The notes: a model not told the origin generated them from the letters alone. A DNA stretch of 63,549 nucleotides, filler included, from Octopus bimaculoides (GCF_001194135.2; 9 parts of 8 records of this genome joined end to end with filler, not necessarily neighbours in it), one strand, 5' to 3'; positions 1-12,354 are shown, counted from the first letter of the whole stretch. Made by a program: numbers and translations.

Positions 1-326
1 ATGAGATGCACCATTTTGAGCGTGGTCATTGTCAGTACCGCCTGACTGGCTCCCGTAGGATTTTCGAGCGAGATCGTTGCCAGTGCCCCTGGACTGGCTT
101 GTGCGGGTGGCACATAAAAGACACCATTTCGAGCGTGGCCGTTTTCGTGCGGGTGACACGTAAAAGCACCCACTACACTCTCGGAGTGGTTGGCGTTAGG
201 AAGGGCATCCAGCTGTAGAAACTCTGCCAAATTAGACTGGAGCCTGGTGTTGCCATCCGGTTTCACCAGTCCTCAGTCAAATCGTCCAACCCATGCTAGC
301 ATGGAGAGCGGACGTTAAACGAACGA
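1..326 (+). mobile_element. SINE 3' portion (family with GGTTGGCGTTAGGAAGGGCATCCAGC core and GGACGTTAAACGA tail)
   Basis: Core and tail recur in reverse orientation near 18165-18340, and the tail recurs near 5390-5420. Confidence 0.7.
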
Positions 327-415
327 TATATATATATTTATGTATTTGGTATTTTGTTCAAATTTAATATTCTATCATTAACTTTCACTAATCCCATTCT
401 TTTTTCTTGTTCCAG

Positions 416-515
416 AGTCAAGGGGCCATTATCAAACTCTGTGGAATTTTCCAAAGTATACAACTGTCCTTCGGGCAGTAACATGAACCCAGTGCACAAA
501 TGCCAAGTTTGGTAA
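416..515 (+). CDS. Terminal coding exon of an M13-family zinc metallopeptidase (neprilysin/endothelin-converting-enzyme-like)
   Basis: Polypyrimidine tract and TTCCAG acceptor (AG at 414-415). The phase-2 frame reads (R)[35 protein letters not shown] (stop 513-515). This matches the M13 C-terminal signature R-V-x-G-x-L-S-N-x-x-E-F-x-x-x-F/Y-x-C-x-x-G-S-x-M-N-P-x-x-K-C-x-V-W. Confidence 0.93.
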
Positions 516-1449
516 ACACCGTTTCATTCATTAGCACCATCAGAGTGACTTCTATATTCACCATACAAGCAGTTAACACTGATAAATGCAACTTGCAGCT
601 CATCTTCTCAGATCCCTTGAAAGGAAACACAGTCATGGTTCAACTTCTAACTTCAGCTTACCCCTTTTCTCTCTCTTTCTCCCTCTCTCAATGATGTATG
701 AGCTGTGATTTAGGGAGTTCAAGTGGTCGCAGTGGTGGTGGTGGTGGTTGTTATACCTTGTTGTTAATTCAGTCTTGTACACAATGTTATTTTGGTAAAA
801 GGATGGGAAAGTTTACACATGGTGGTAGTGGTGGTGTGGTGATGGTATTGGTTGTGTGGTAGTGGTGCAGTAGTATCAGTGGAAGTGGGGTGAGTCAGGG
901 GCAGGGTAGTAAGGAGAAGTATTTATATCAGTGTGTGGTGGCTGTTAGAGAAGGAGAGAGAGAGAGATCAGAAGTGGAATGTTGTTCTGCAGTTGGCAAT
1001 TGTGAAATTTGATCAGGGGGTTGCTTGAAAAGGGCTGACACAGGATCAAACAATAACTCCAGATAGACCAACAGTAACATAGTCCTAGAAATGTTATGGC
1101 TCAAAAAAACACCACATGGTGGACATGGCTGAAACACATCTGATCACAGGTCTACTCTATTATCAGGGCTGATCTGGATCTAAGCAACAATTCTTGAAGT
1201 TCAACACACCAGGGTTCAATTCCTGGTGAAGTTGGATATTTTTTTTCCACAGACAACTATTTTTGAATAAACAAATTTCCAACCCAAGCCAAGGAACAAC
1301 TGTCATTGCCCCACACCCCACATTTAACCAGAAGGACTGAAAGTTCTTTCAGACTGGGTTAGGGTTACTTAGGTTGTGATCATGGATGTAAGTCATTTGA
1401 ACTGACCCTGACAAACCTTCTCAAATAGTCAACCCCTGAATAAAGAAAC

Positions 1450-1750
1450 CTTTGTTACCATTTTCTTGTTAAAGTGCAACACTGCCTTCATTTCGGTTTT
1501 GAAGGTAGTGAAGTATTTAGTAAAATAACTGTCATTTATTAAATTAGTGTTTGGAATATCAGTTAACATAGAATTTTGATGGAATGTTTTACTCTAGGTT
1601 CACTTTAACCCTTTTGTTACCATATTTCTGTTGAAATATCCTGCCTCTGTTTCTATTAATTTTGAAGATAATGAAGAATTTAGTAAATTAACTTTATGTT
1701 TAAGTTGGTGTTTGGAACACATTTTGAGGGAAAGTTTTGACGTAGATCAT
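1450..1750 (-). mobile_element. piggyBac-like non-autonomous element, tandem terminal arms (inverted copy)
   Basis: TTAACCCTTTTGTTACC at about 1606; two ~160-bp arms that are the reverse complement of those at 2190-2520 and 9873-10260. Confidence 0.6.
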
Positions 1751-2124
1751 GTTAAAACCAGAAGTTTATATTATAGAACCAGGTGTGGTCTCAGGCAGGT
1801 TGGGAGTAAAATGGTTAAAGAACATGGTGACAGTCCATAAATTTCACATAGGGATCTGGCTCATTGCAAAACACAGAGGATGAAACAGAGAGTGAATGTG
1901 GGACAGGGGTAGGGGAAAGGGAGAGGATTTAATCTTATTGATTCTTCTTCAGCTGTAATTAACACAGATGGGAAGTGGTGTTAATGCCTGGCCGAAACAT
2001 ATAAAGCTCAGACTAAACACAAAGAAAATACCGACAAAATTCATTTCTTGGATGTAAGAAATGTATATGGGTGGGGTGTAAGAGAAGGGAGAGGTGTGAT
2101 TGATTTATTGATCTGGCAATGATA

Positions 2125-2520
2125 GATTAACCTTTCTGATACCAACCAGCTCAAGACTGTCCCTGGTTTTAAGATACACAATTGATGTTTTAAAGTGATT
2201 TAAATTAAAACCTTCCATCAAAATTTCATATCAATTTATGTCCCAAATACCAGCTTGATAACAACAAAAGTTATGTAACTAAATTCTTATTTATTTTTTT
2301 AAATAATTGAAACAAAGATGATTGATTTCAACAGAAATATGATAACAAAAGCATTAAAATGATCTAAATTAAAACCTTCCATCAAAATTTTATGTTAATC
2401 GTTGTTCCAAATACTAGTTTATAAATGGCAAAGTTATTTTACTAAATTCTTTATTATTTTCAAAATAAATTGAAACAAAAGTAGTTTGTTTCAACAGAAT
2501 TAAGGTAACAAAAGGGCTAA
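2125..2520 (+). mobile_element. piggyBac-like non-autonomous element, tandem terminal arms
   Basis: Two ~165-bp units, each ending in a GGTAACAAAAGGGTTAA-like terminus; same family as 9873-10260. Confidence 0.6.
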
Positions 2521-2647
2521 ATGTCATTTTGTTAAGACATTTCTGGGATTTTGAAGAAAAACCAAAGATCTTATGGCAAACTGAAAGGTTTGACATTGTC
2601 CTTAGTGTTTAAGGCCTGAATGACATTGTTTGAAGTATTGTTAGTAT

Positions 2648-3226
2648 TGAGAATGTATAGAATCAGAAGAAATAATGCCAAGCATTTTTGACCAATGCTC
2701 TAACGATTCTGCCAATATAACACTGGTGTGCTCCCTTGCAACTCAATGCTCTGGGCTTTATTGAATTTATTGACAGCAACAGATTGATTAGAATTGGGCC
2801 TCTTGACCAGCAGTACTCAACTGTGGCTCCAAGGGCTGCATGCAGTCTTCAAGCATCTTTCCAGCAGCCTCTGACCATTTTCCCTCTATAATTACGATAA
2901 ATTTTTCTTTAATTGACTTCAATCAAGGTTTTGGATCTAGCCCAGGTATTAAGTTTGAAAACCATTGGCCTAGACCTTTAAGGACCCATAGGCAATGCAC
3001 AGCATGCCCATGCCTTAAGAAATCACTGACTCAGAATATACACTCCTTCTAAGGATGTATATTCTAGGTGGGGGTAGACAAACACTACACACACTGACAT
3101 TCACCCCTTCCCATCACTGTTACACTCCCCTTTTGCAAGGGAGCACACCAGTGTTATATTGGCAGAATCGTTAGAGCATTGGTCAAAAATGCTTGGCATT
3201 ATTTCTTCTGATTCTATACATTCTCA
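2648..3226. repeat. Perfect 94-bp inverted repeat (arms 2648-2741 and 3133-3226)
   Basis: The arms are exact reverse complements by eye and include a SINE head plus non-SINE flank. Confidence 0.9.
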
Positions 3227-3390
3227 GTTCAAATCTTGCTGAGGTCAACACTATCTTTCATCTTTTCAGGTTTGATAAAATAAAGTACAAACTGCAGGTA
3301 CCGATAGGAAGGATGGTGGCGGGTGGGGGGGTCAATGAAATCAACTAGCCTCATCCTCTCAAAATTGCTGGCCTTGTGCCTTAATTAGAA
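3160..3390 (+). mobile_element. tRNA-derived SINE, family A (CTGGCAGAATCGTTAG head, GGCCTTGTGCC tail)
   Basis: Head, core and tail are shared with many copies in the window. Confidence 0.75.
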
Positions 3391-3657
3391 ATCAGTAGTT
3401 TAATTGAACTGAATTAGTTTTTCACAATAGCAAAGATATATAGAGAAATATAAAGGAGATGTGAAGGTGTGTAGAAATGAGTTAATATGAATAACAGGGT
3501 ACATAGCAAGGATTATAGGGGTTTGTAGAAAGATATATATAGCCAGAGATATTGGGACAGAATGGGTAGGAAGTGATGGAGGGGAGGAGCTGCAGTGAGA
3601 GGAAACATTTTCATCAGAACTGAAAGTAGTATTAATAAGAATTCCATGGGATAGCTC

Positions 3658-3688
<31 letters not shown>

Positions 3689-3776
3689 ATATGTGTATAA
3701 TGTCAAGACAAGGAGATATTAACATACATATGCTCACAAACACATACATACATAAGTGTGTGTGAGTGTGTGTGTG

Positions 3777-3838
<62 letters not shown>

Positions 3839-3839
<1 letters not shown>

Positions 3840-3895
3840 GAGGGGCGCTCAAAAGTTTATGGCTTTAGGTAAAAGAAAATAGTTTTATTGAGATC
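3839..3895. mobile_element. Solo mariner terminal inverted repeat fragment
   Basis: CGAGGGGCGCTCAAAAGTTTATGGCTTTAGGTAAAAGAAAA is nearly identical to the end of the element at about 4104. Confidence 0.75.
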
Positions 3896-4059
3896 ACTTT
3901 TTTTATGGCCAGACACAATTCTTGTTGCCAATCCTGACTGGTTCCAAGCAAGGAAATAGTTGTCCATGGCAGACATGTTGCCAGAGAATATTCAAAATGG
4001 ATGACACTACTTGAATGGCAGTAACAGTTTACATAATGTCAAGACACATACATACACAA

Positions 4060-4097
<38 letters not shown>

Positions 4098-4103
4098 GGG
4101 GGC

Positions 4104-5323
4104 GGGGTGCTCAAAAGTTTATGGCTTTAGGTAAAAGAAAAATACAGGAGGATCAGTTAATTATGATTTTATTCAATATATTCCCCTCACACTTATTGCA
4201 GTGGTCCTTCAGTTTTTTCTAAACCCTGTAAAAAGAACTCAGAAGGTTGGGCTTTCATCCAGGGTTCTGTGGCAGCAATCACTTCTGAATCAGAGTGAAA
4301 TTTCATTCTCTTTAGTTGTGGAAAGAGGTGATAGTTGGAGGGTGCCAAGTCAAGAGAGTAAGGTGGGTGGTCTACCAATTCAAAGCCAAAGTCACATGTT
4401 TTCCATAGAGTTTCGTGTGCTGTGTGTACTAGTACACCGTCCTGCAAAAACAGGACATCATGGCTCAGCTTCAAAGCTTCATGCAGTTTGTCCAACTTGT
4501 AGTATTCTGCATTGATGGTGCAACCCTTTGGCAAGTATTTCATGAGGAGTACCCTGTCTTTGTCCCAGAACACTGAAACCAGAATCTTTCCAGATAACTT
4601 CTGGATCTGAAACTTCTTGCGGTGCGATGAACTGCTGTGACACCACTCCACTGATTACTGCTTGGTAAGGGGATCATATGAATGAAGCCATGTTTCATCC
4701 ACGATGACTAAACGAGCCAAAAAATCAGCCTCTCCCACTGCAAACTGGCCCAAAATCGCCTTTAATGTCATCAATCTGATGCACTTCTGATCTGCATTCA
4801 GGCATTTCAACACCCATTCTGTGGAAAGCTTTTTCATGTCCAGAATGTTGTGGATGATGTGACCAACTCTTTCGCGGGAAATCCTCAAAGTCTCTGCTAT
4901 GGCTTTAGCTGAAATCCGGTGGTCCTCAAGAATCATGACATGAACAGCATTGGCTTTGTCCTCTGTGGCCACAGAAGTTGGCTGTCCTGACCGGGCTTCA
5001 TCTGTGACCTCAAAATGACTAGTCTGAAACTTTGACACCCAGATTTATACTAAGGACTAAGATGGGCAGCCATTCTTCAAGACTTCCTTCATCTTGCCAT
5101 GGATTTCCACCACTCCTTTTCTTTGCAAAAAGAGGAACTTCATGACTGCCTGTGCCTCAGTTTTACCAAAATCCACTGTAGAAGTTGCCATTGTGCATTA
5201 AATCTGCAAAAAAAGGGAAGGCTATAATCTATACCATCATGATATTTTGCATATCTTCCTCCGTAAAAGTTACAGTTCTTACCCTTTCATGATAGACTTA
5301 AAGACAGGAACTTTTCAGCACCC

Positions 5324-5326
<3 letters not shown>
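4104..5326 (-). mobile_element. Full-length defective mariner transposon (DD34D)
   Basis: TIRs GGGGTGCTCAAAAGTT / AACTTTTCAGCACCCCC, flanked by (TA)n tracts. Confidence 0.92.
4193..5191 (-). pseudogene. mariner transposase pseudogene
   Basis: ATG at 5191. Motifs include RSGQP (HTH linker), VDETWLHSYDP, FLQDGVLVH (for HQDNAPxH) and HPPYSLDLAPSNYHLF. In-frame stops and frameshifts split it into ORFs 4655-5038 and 4193-4651. Confidence 0.92.
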
Positions 5327-5389
<63 letters not shown>

Positions 5390-6189
5390 AAGGCGGGCGT
5401 TAAACAATGATGATGATGATATATATATATAATTTAGTCATAAGGATTCATTAGAGTCTAGGCACATCAACACATAGGATGCCAGAAATGGCTAGGCTCA
5501 ATAATATAGAGCTCACAGTGAATTAAACAAAATTGAAGACATCAAGCATTGGTAGGATATTGTAGATATGCAAGTACTGAATTTGACTTAAGCAGTAGAT
5601 CCAACTCTGGAGTTTGTGTGTGTGTCGACGTATATACATACACACACACATGTACACACCTTTATATATTGACCTGATGCCTCCTGTGGTTACTTCAAAT
5701 TTCCCAAATATTCTGTCAGTTGTTAACACAGACCTCATAAATAACATAACACTTGTATGTGTGAATCATGTGACCTGTGTTAGCCAATGAAATGATGATG
5801 TGTTGACACCATCTTAGATTACTGTCTATCATTAGTGATCAGCATGACCTTGAGACAAATGAATCATTTGACAAAGATTACATTGATAATTACTTTGAAA
5901 TTCTGGCTATGTAGCCTCCATCAGACAATTTGATAAAGGCCACATAACTGAAACTTCAAAGTGATTATCAATCTTTTGTGTAAAAATAAAATAGGTGTGC
6001 GTGTGTATAGATAGATATATTGATAGACAGATAGATTGATATACACACAAATAGATGATTATGTATGTATATCAATTTATTATGCGTTGATTATGCACAA
6101 CAGTATTTTGGATAATCTAAAAACTACGTAGGTAATAGTATACAATTTTAAATTTTAAGCTTCAATGTGAATTATAAACAAATTTGGAA

Positions 6190-6230
<41 letters not shown>

Positions 6231-6232
<2 letters not shown>

Positions 6233-6499
6233 GGGTGTCCACAAAGTTTGGCTACATGGAGTAAATAAAATTATAACATAAACAATTAAACATAAGAAAT
6301 AATAATTTCTTAAAGTATGTGTTAATCCCCATGTGGGTACATGGAGTAAATAAAATCATAACATAAACAATTAAATATAAGAAATAATAATTTCTTAAAG
6401 TATGTGTTAATCCCATAACATAAACAATTAAATATAAGAAATAATAATTTCTTTAAGTATGTGATAATCCCCATGTACCCAGACTTTGTGGACACCCTG
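6231..6499. mobile_element. Tc1/mariner-type MITE with internal ~80-bp tandem repeat
   Basis: TIRs CAGGGTGTCCACAAAG / CTTTGTGGACACCCTG followed by TA; the internal unit repeats about 2.5 times. Confidence 0.8.
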
Positions 6500-6502
6500 T
6501 AT

Positions 6503-6534
<32 letters not shown>

Positions 6535-6871
6535 CATCATTACATCTTTACATATATATTTATACACACACACACACATATCATCTTTATGTTTGCTTTC
6601 CATTCTGATATCAGCTGGATGTTTTGAGAGGAACCAATGTGTCACTTTGAGCATGCTTTCTATAGCTGGTTTCTCTTCCTGATACCAGGGTGTATTGGGT
6701 GCTGTTGTCATGGCACCAAGCAGAAGCAAGATCACTTTGTAACTTGCAAGACTAAAGAGCTTCCTAAACCTGAGAAGAGGAAGGGTAATGTCTTTATGCA
6801 ATATTACACACACACACACACACACACAAACAATGCTCATATATATGTATGTATGTATTTATGTATGCTAA

Positions 6872-7013
6872 ACAAGCATGGCTGTGTAGTTAAGAAGCTT
6901 GTTTTGCAACAATGTTGTTTCTGGTTCAGTCCCACAGTGCAGCATCTTGAACAAGTGTCTTCTACTATAGTCCCTGGTTGACCAATGCTTTGTGAGTGAA
7001 TTTGTTGGAGGGA
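6872..7013 (+). mobile_element. tRNA-derived SINE, family B 5' part (truncated by gap)
   Basis: The GGTTCAGTCCCAC B-box region and CAAGTGTCTTCTACTATAG core are shared with 11717-12050, 16227-16390 and 17376-17640. Confidence 0.7.
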
Positions 7014-7676
7014 NNNNNNNNNNNNNNNNNNNNNNNNNNNNNNNNNNNNNNNNNNNNNNNNNNNNNNNNNNNNNNNNNNNNNNNNNNNNNNNNNNNNNNN
7101 NNNNNNNNNNNNNNNNNNNNNNNNNNNNNNNNNNNNNNNNNNNNNNNNNNNNNNNNNNNNNNNNNNNNNNNNNNNNNNNNNNNNNNNNNNNNNNNNNNNN
7201 NNNNNNNNNNNNNNNNNNNNNNNNNNNNNNNNNNNNNNNNNNNNNNNNNNNNNNNNNNNNNNNNNNNNNNNNNNNNNNNNNNNNNNNNNNNNNNNNNNNN
7301 NNNNNNNNNNNNNNNNNNNNNNNNNNNNNNNNNNNNNNNNNNNNNNNNNNNNNNNNNNNNNNNNNNNNNNNNNNNNNNNNNNNNNNNNNNNNNNNNNNNN
7401 NNNNNNNNNNNNNNNNNNNNNNNNNNNNNNNNNNNNNNNNNNNNNNNNNNNNNNNNNNNNNNNNNNNNNNNNNNNNNNNNNNNNNNNNNNNNNNNNNNNN
7501 NNNNNNNNNNNNNNNNNNNNNNNNNNNNNNNNNNNNNNNNNNNNNNNNNNNNNNNNNNNNNNNNNNNNNNNNNNNNNNNNNNNNNNNNNNNNNNNNNNNN
7601 NNNNNNNNNNNNNNNNNNNNNNNNNNNNNNNNNNNNNNNNNNNNNNNNNNNNNNNNNNNNNNNNNNNNNNNNNNNN

Positions 7677-7725
<49 letters not shown>

Positions 7726-7789
7726 GTACATGTATACGTATATATATCTAAAGAATACTGGTAGAAAATTTTCAACTAAACTTCTACCA

Positions 7790-8170
7790 ACTGCAAATGT
7801 AACAGGAGGCTTGATATTGTTACTGGGGTCACTTCCCTGCAGATGTGAACATCCTTTCCATTATCAGTGAGACGGATAACATTTATGAACAACTGCTTCA
7901 AAACCTTAAACTCCTCCTCCCTGATTATAAATTCATATTTATACCAATAATTATTAGTTTTACTTGTTATGTTAGTAAATACTCAAATGACAATTTGAAA
8001 AAGCTAGAATTTTCAGGCAAACAAAGAGACCAGCGAACACACAGTTTACAAATACAACCTCTAAGTGGAACAGTAAAAATATGCAAAACTTTTCTAAAGT
8101 TCAACCTGTAGCATTTATTGTTGTTATTTAAGTTCCAGTGATGGCGCTTTGTTTCTTTGTTAGAAATCAA
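7790..8170 (+). mobile_element. 3' fragment of a non-LTR retrotransposon with restriction-like endonuclease (RLE)
   Basis: DNIYEQLLQNLKLLLPDYKFIFIPIII...GTVKICKTFLKF; the same C-terminus and 3' UTR recur at 10998-11250. Confidence 0.65.
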
Positions 8171-8489
8171 CTCCTTTCTTTTAGGAAGGATTCAAATAGA
8201 AACAAAGAAACATACATAAATACATGTACACACACACACAATGAAAGTTAGTTCAATAATGATAATGACCATTGCTTGTTAAAGGATCACAAAGTGAATG
8301 ACTTTATGGCCCAGTTGATTACCTGCAGTTTTTACTACAACTATTACATAAATGTCTCTTCTCAGTTAAATGCAATGCAGAATCATAGCAATTTGTCTTG
8401 TGTACAGATATACATCTCCTCAAACCACAATTTAGAACATGACTGGCACAAATAAACTCTTATGTGGTTATGATTTATTATTAGTTTAA

Positions 8490-8710
8490 GGCAGTGAGCT
8501 GGCAGAATTATTAGCATGACAGACACAATGCTTAATAGTATTTCTTCTGGCTCTTTATATCCTGGGTTCAAATCCCACCAAGATCACCTTTGCTTTCTAT
8601 CCTTTTGGGGTTGATAAAATGAAGTACTAGTTGAGCTCTGGGATCAGTGTTATTGAGTTGCACTCTCCCCTAAAATTTTTGGCTTCCTATCAAAATTTGA
8701 AACCATTATT
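8490..8710 (+). mobile_element. tRNA-derived SINE family A
   Basis: GGCAGTGAGCTGGCAGAATT head, TTTGCTTTCTATCCTTTTGGGGTTGATAAA core, ATT tail. Confidence 0.75.
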
Positions 8711-8714
8711 AGCT

Positions 8715-9865
8715 TGTTTTGGTTCATGCATTCTTGAGAGTCTAAAAGAACCAGTCTTTGAAAGACAAACTTGGTTAGAAGTTGAACATGTGAAATAGTT
8801 TTTTTCCTGTAAATCTCATTTAAAATTTGTGTGTTGAATGCAATTCTCTTCAAAATACATGAATACATTCAATATTTTTTTCTCTGTGATGCCCTCTCAA
8901 TTGCAATACTTTTCCAACTTCCCATATGAATATTGCATTTTTGTAAATAAGATTTAAGGCAGTGTTTGTATTTTAAGTCCAGTTTATAGAGAGGTCTTTT
9001 TATCTAGAACATAGTTCTCCACAAAGAAATGCTTTGGAATCCTTCCATCTTCCATCCAAACTCTGTGGCATGTCCATCCCAGTCTGTTATGTCACAAGAG
9101 AACTTCTATGCTTACACCATATGCTTTTACCAAGACATCAACATCACTCACCTCATCTCTCTAAGATGTATGCAAAAATTTGACAAACACACCTTTGCTG
9201 AAATCACTCCAACTGTTTAACATATTTTCAATCTAATGTCCATATTTCACAGCCATACAACAAAAGACAAAATGCATGTTACAAAAATACATATTTTACT
9301 GTCATATGTTAAGACAGTCTTTGTATGTTAACTTCAGTTTATAAAGAAGTCATTTTAACCCAGTTCATCACCTGCAACATTTACCACAGCTATTGCTTCA
9401 GTGTCTCTTCTTCTCAGTTAAATGCAATGCAGGATAAAGACAACTGACAATTGAAAACAGTTCAGAAACATGTCTCTTCAAATCACCAACAGAAAGACAA
9501 CATATATTACAATTGTTTTTTTGATATTGAAACAATAATAAGGATTGTAATTTTCTAAAAGTTACGTTGATTTTTAAAAACTTTATTTCTAATTTCATCA
9601 GCAAAATTCACATCCCCATTCAACATATAAAGGAATATACATTTTAACATTATAACTGTTTTTTGGATCCACACAAAGCTTTTCGGAGCAGAGCTGATAA
9701 AGAACAGTTTTGTTAACATTTATTGTGAGGTGTAACATGCTAAAGGCCAATGAAACTTCATCCACAAGAGTTTGAAGATCTTTTTCCCTGTGTGTAATAA
9801 CACTGGAATCATCATCACAGAGTACAGAAGAAAGCCTCTCATCAAAGAAACAAAAGTGTGATTTA
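8715..9865 (-). mobile_element. Degenerate RTE-clade LINE, 3' half
   Basis: Minus-strand translation gives LLY..DD (RT), LLYGCEIWTL and RLGWTCHRVWMEDGRIPK, plus a decayed C-terminal Cys/His motif; many stops and frameshifts. Confidence 0.8.
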
Positions 9866-9872
9866 GAATTAA

Positions 9873-10260
9873 CCCTTTTGGTAAAAAAATTACCTCACAG
9901 CACTGATCGTTCTCTGATGTGAATTTTATGTTCTAAAGTGAGCAAAATTAAAAGCTTCCATCAAAATTTCATGGTAGTTTGTGTTTCAAACACCAGATTA
10001 ATAATGACAGTTACTTCACTAAATTCCTCATCATTTTCAAAATTAATTGTAACAAAGGTTGTGTTTTTCGACAGAAATACGGTAACAAAAGGGTTAAAGT
10101 GATCTAGATTAAAACTTTCCATCAAAGTTTCATGTTAACTTTGTCCCAAACACCAAATTAATAACGACAAAGTTATTTTACTAAATTCTTTTATTATTTC
10201 AAGTATTAATTGAAACAAAGGCAATATATTTCAATAGAAATATGGTAACTAAAGGATCAA
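9873..10260 (+). mobile_element. piggyBac-like MITE (9873-10093, TTAA-flanked) plus an extra tandem right arm
   Basis: TTAA|CCCTTTTGGTAA ... GGTAACAAAAGGG|TTAA, followed by a second ~165-bp right arm. Confidence 0.75.
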
Positions 10261-10997
10261 GCTGTCTGAGGTTGAATAAATTACCAGTTGTGTGGTAGCA
10301 TATGTAAATATTCTAAGAGTCTTCTATGAAAGGGATGAAAAAAAAGCTATTGTGAAATATACTGCAAAGATGAAGCCATATTATTCCATCACAGACTGAA
10401 AACTAGTCTGAGCATTCCAACATATAATCATATATCAACATAAAAGGATTTAATAATGTCTATAAATTTATCAGGGTAACCAACTTCTGAGAATTACCCA
10501 TAATGCATCAGAATTCATTGAGGTCAATGAAACAATGCTAGAGGTCAAGTGTCTGCCCAATGCTTTTTTTTTTTTTTTGTTCTTGAAAATGGTGAAACAA
10601 AAATATGTCATTGTTTGGTTTCAGGTCCATGGAAGAAGGAATAGTTGTGTGTATTGAATGAGACAATGAAGAACAATATTTTCTCTACATACATACATAC
10701 ATACATACGCACACAAACATTACATACACAGACATGCTAATATGCAAATGTACAAGTATATATATGAACATACATGCGCACATCAAGACATACATACATA
10801 TGAATATACATACATAAATATATACAAACATACATAGCTACAGACATACACAAATAGATACATTCAAACATACCCAGATACATTTCTAACATATCTACAA
10901 AGGAATATACATACACAGACACACAGAGAAATATACATCCTATGTACATGCATGCATGCATAGATAACATGCATAGATAACATGCAAACATACATAA

Positions 10998-11250
10998 ATA
11001 ATTATGAATTCACCTTCATACCAATTATGATTGGTGCACTTGGTTGTGCAAATATATGTCTAAGTGATAAACCAAGGATTTTAAGGCCAAGAAAGAGATT
11101 GGCTAAAATAAACTTTACAAATACAATTTGTAAGTGGAACAGTAAAAATATGCAAGACTTTTGTAAACATGTAACATGTTTTTGTTGTTGTTGTTATCCA
11201 AATTCCAGTGATGGAGCTTTGGTTTTTTGTTGGAAACCAGTCTTTTTTTT
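10998..11250 (+). mobile_element. 3' fragment of RLE non-LTR retrotransposon
   Basis: YEFTFIPIMIGALG motif; shares AAGTGGAACAGTAAAAATATGCAA and the 3' UTR with 7790-8170. Confidence 0.65.
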
Positions 11251-11386
11251 TTTTTCTTGCAGGAAAAATTCTAATAAATGAAAACAGAGCATACATAAAT
11301 ACAGACATACATATATGCACACATATGTATATACACAAATATACATACACAAATAATACATGCATATACACACACACACATATAGT

Positions 11387-11422
<36 letters not shown>

Positions 11423-11716
11423 TACCTAACCCTGAATAAGAAATGATACATAAAATACTATAGTTCGAGATAAAAGACAGGATGATCATGCCTGGAATGC
11501 TTTTGATTCCAAGTTCAAATCCCGTTATGACCTATGTGATAGGTAGACTGAATCCCTTGCAGATTTAGTCCCACCACCTAACACTTGGCTGCCTTTAGGA
11601 ATCAAGTTCAGGTCTCAGGACATCTTCCTTCTTACATCCCTCCCACCACTCCTGGACGCTCTGTAAGGGGTCATGAGAAGTGCTTTCTCTTCTGACTTAA
11701 AGGTGGGGGAACCCTT

Positions 11717-12050
11717 ACTTCTCAACCACATGGTTTGGGCTTCAGTCCCACTGCATGGCACCTTAGGTAAGTTTTCTACTATAGTCTCAAGCTAACCAAA
11801 GCCTTGTGAATGGATTTGGTCGATGGAAACTGAAAGAATCTCAACGTGTGTGTGTGTGTGTGTGAGACCACTGCTTGACAACCGGTGTTGGGGTTTTTAC
11901 GTCCCTGTAACTTAACGATTTGACAAAAGAGACTAACAGAATAAGTACCAGGCTTTTAACAAAAATACTGGAATCGATTCATTTGACTAAAATTCTTCAA
12001 GGCGATGCTCCAGCGTGGCCGCAGTCTAATGACTGAAACAAGTAGAAGAT
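11717..12050 (+). mobile_element. tRNA-derived SINE family B, near full length
   Basis: Head, internal (TG)n, and GCTCCAGCGTGGCCGCAGTC...GACTGAAACAAGTA tail. Confidence 0.8.
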
Positions 12051-12354
12051 AAAAATTTAAGTCTGTTTTGCTAAGTATTAACAAAAGATATCTAGAGTTA
12101 TCTCCCATACTTATGAGAATTTTTTTTTTTCTTCTAATTAGGTAGAAGACCAACAACTTGCATATTTATTTTTCGGTGGAAGGTTGAGGTTAATAATTAA
12201 TCAATAATTACATTGAGATCCAGTAGTTGACAGATACATTATTGACCTTGGATGAAAGCCAATGCTGACTTCAGCAGAATTTCAACTTATAAACTCAGAT
12301 CGTAAGAACCAGAAGAAATACAGAAAGGTATTTTTGTCTGATACTAATGAAAAT

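Noticed and set aside
255-280. Minus-strand CTGAGGA-CTGGT-GAAAC inside the first SINE
   Set aside because: The five nucleotides between the core motifs cannot form helix II.
6837-7870. Long ORFs spanning N runs (also 14427-15133, 33662-34679, 42168-42667, 46371-47194, 56117-57609)
   Set aside because: They are open only because N codons are not stops.
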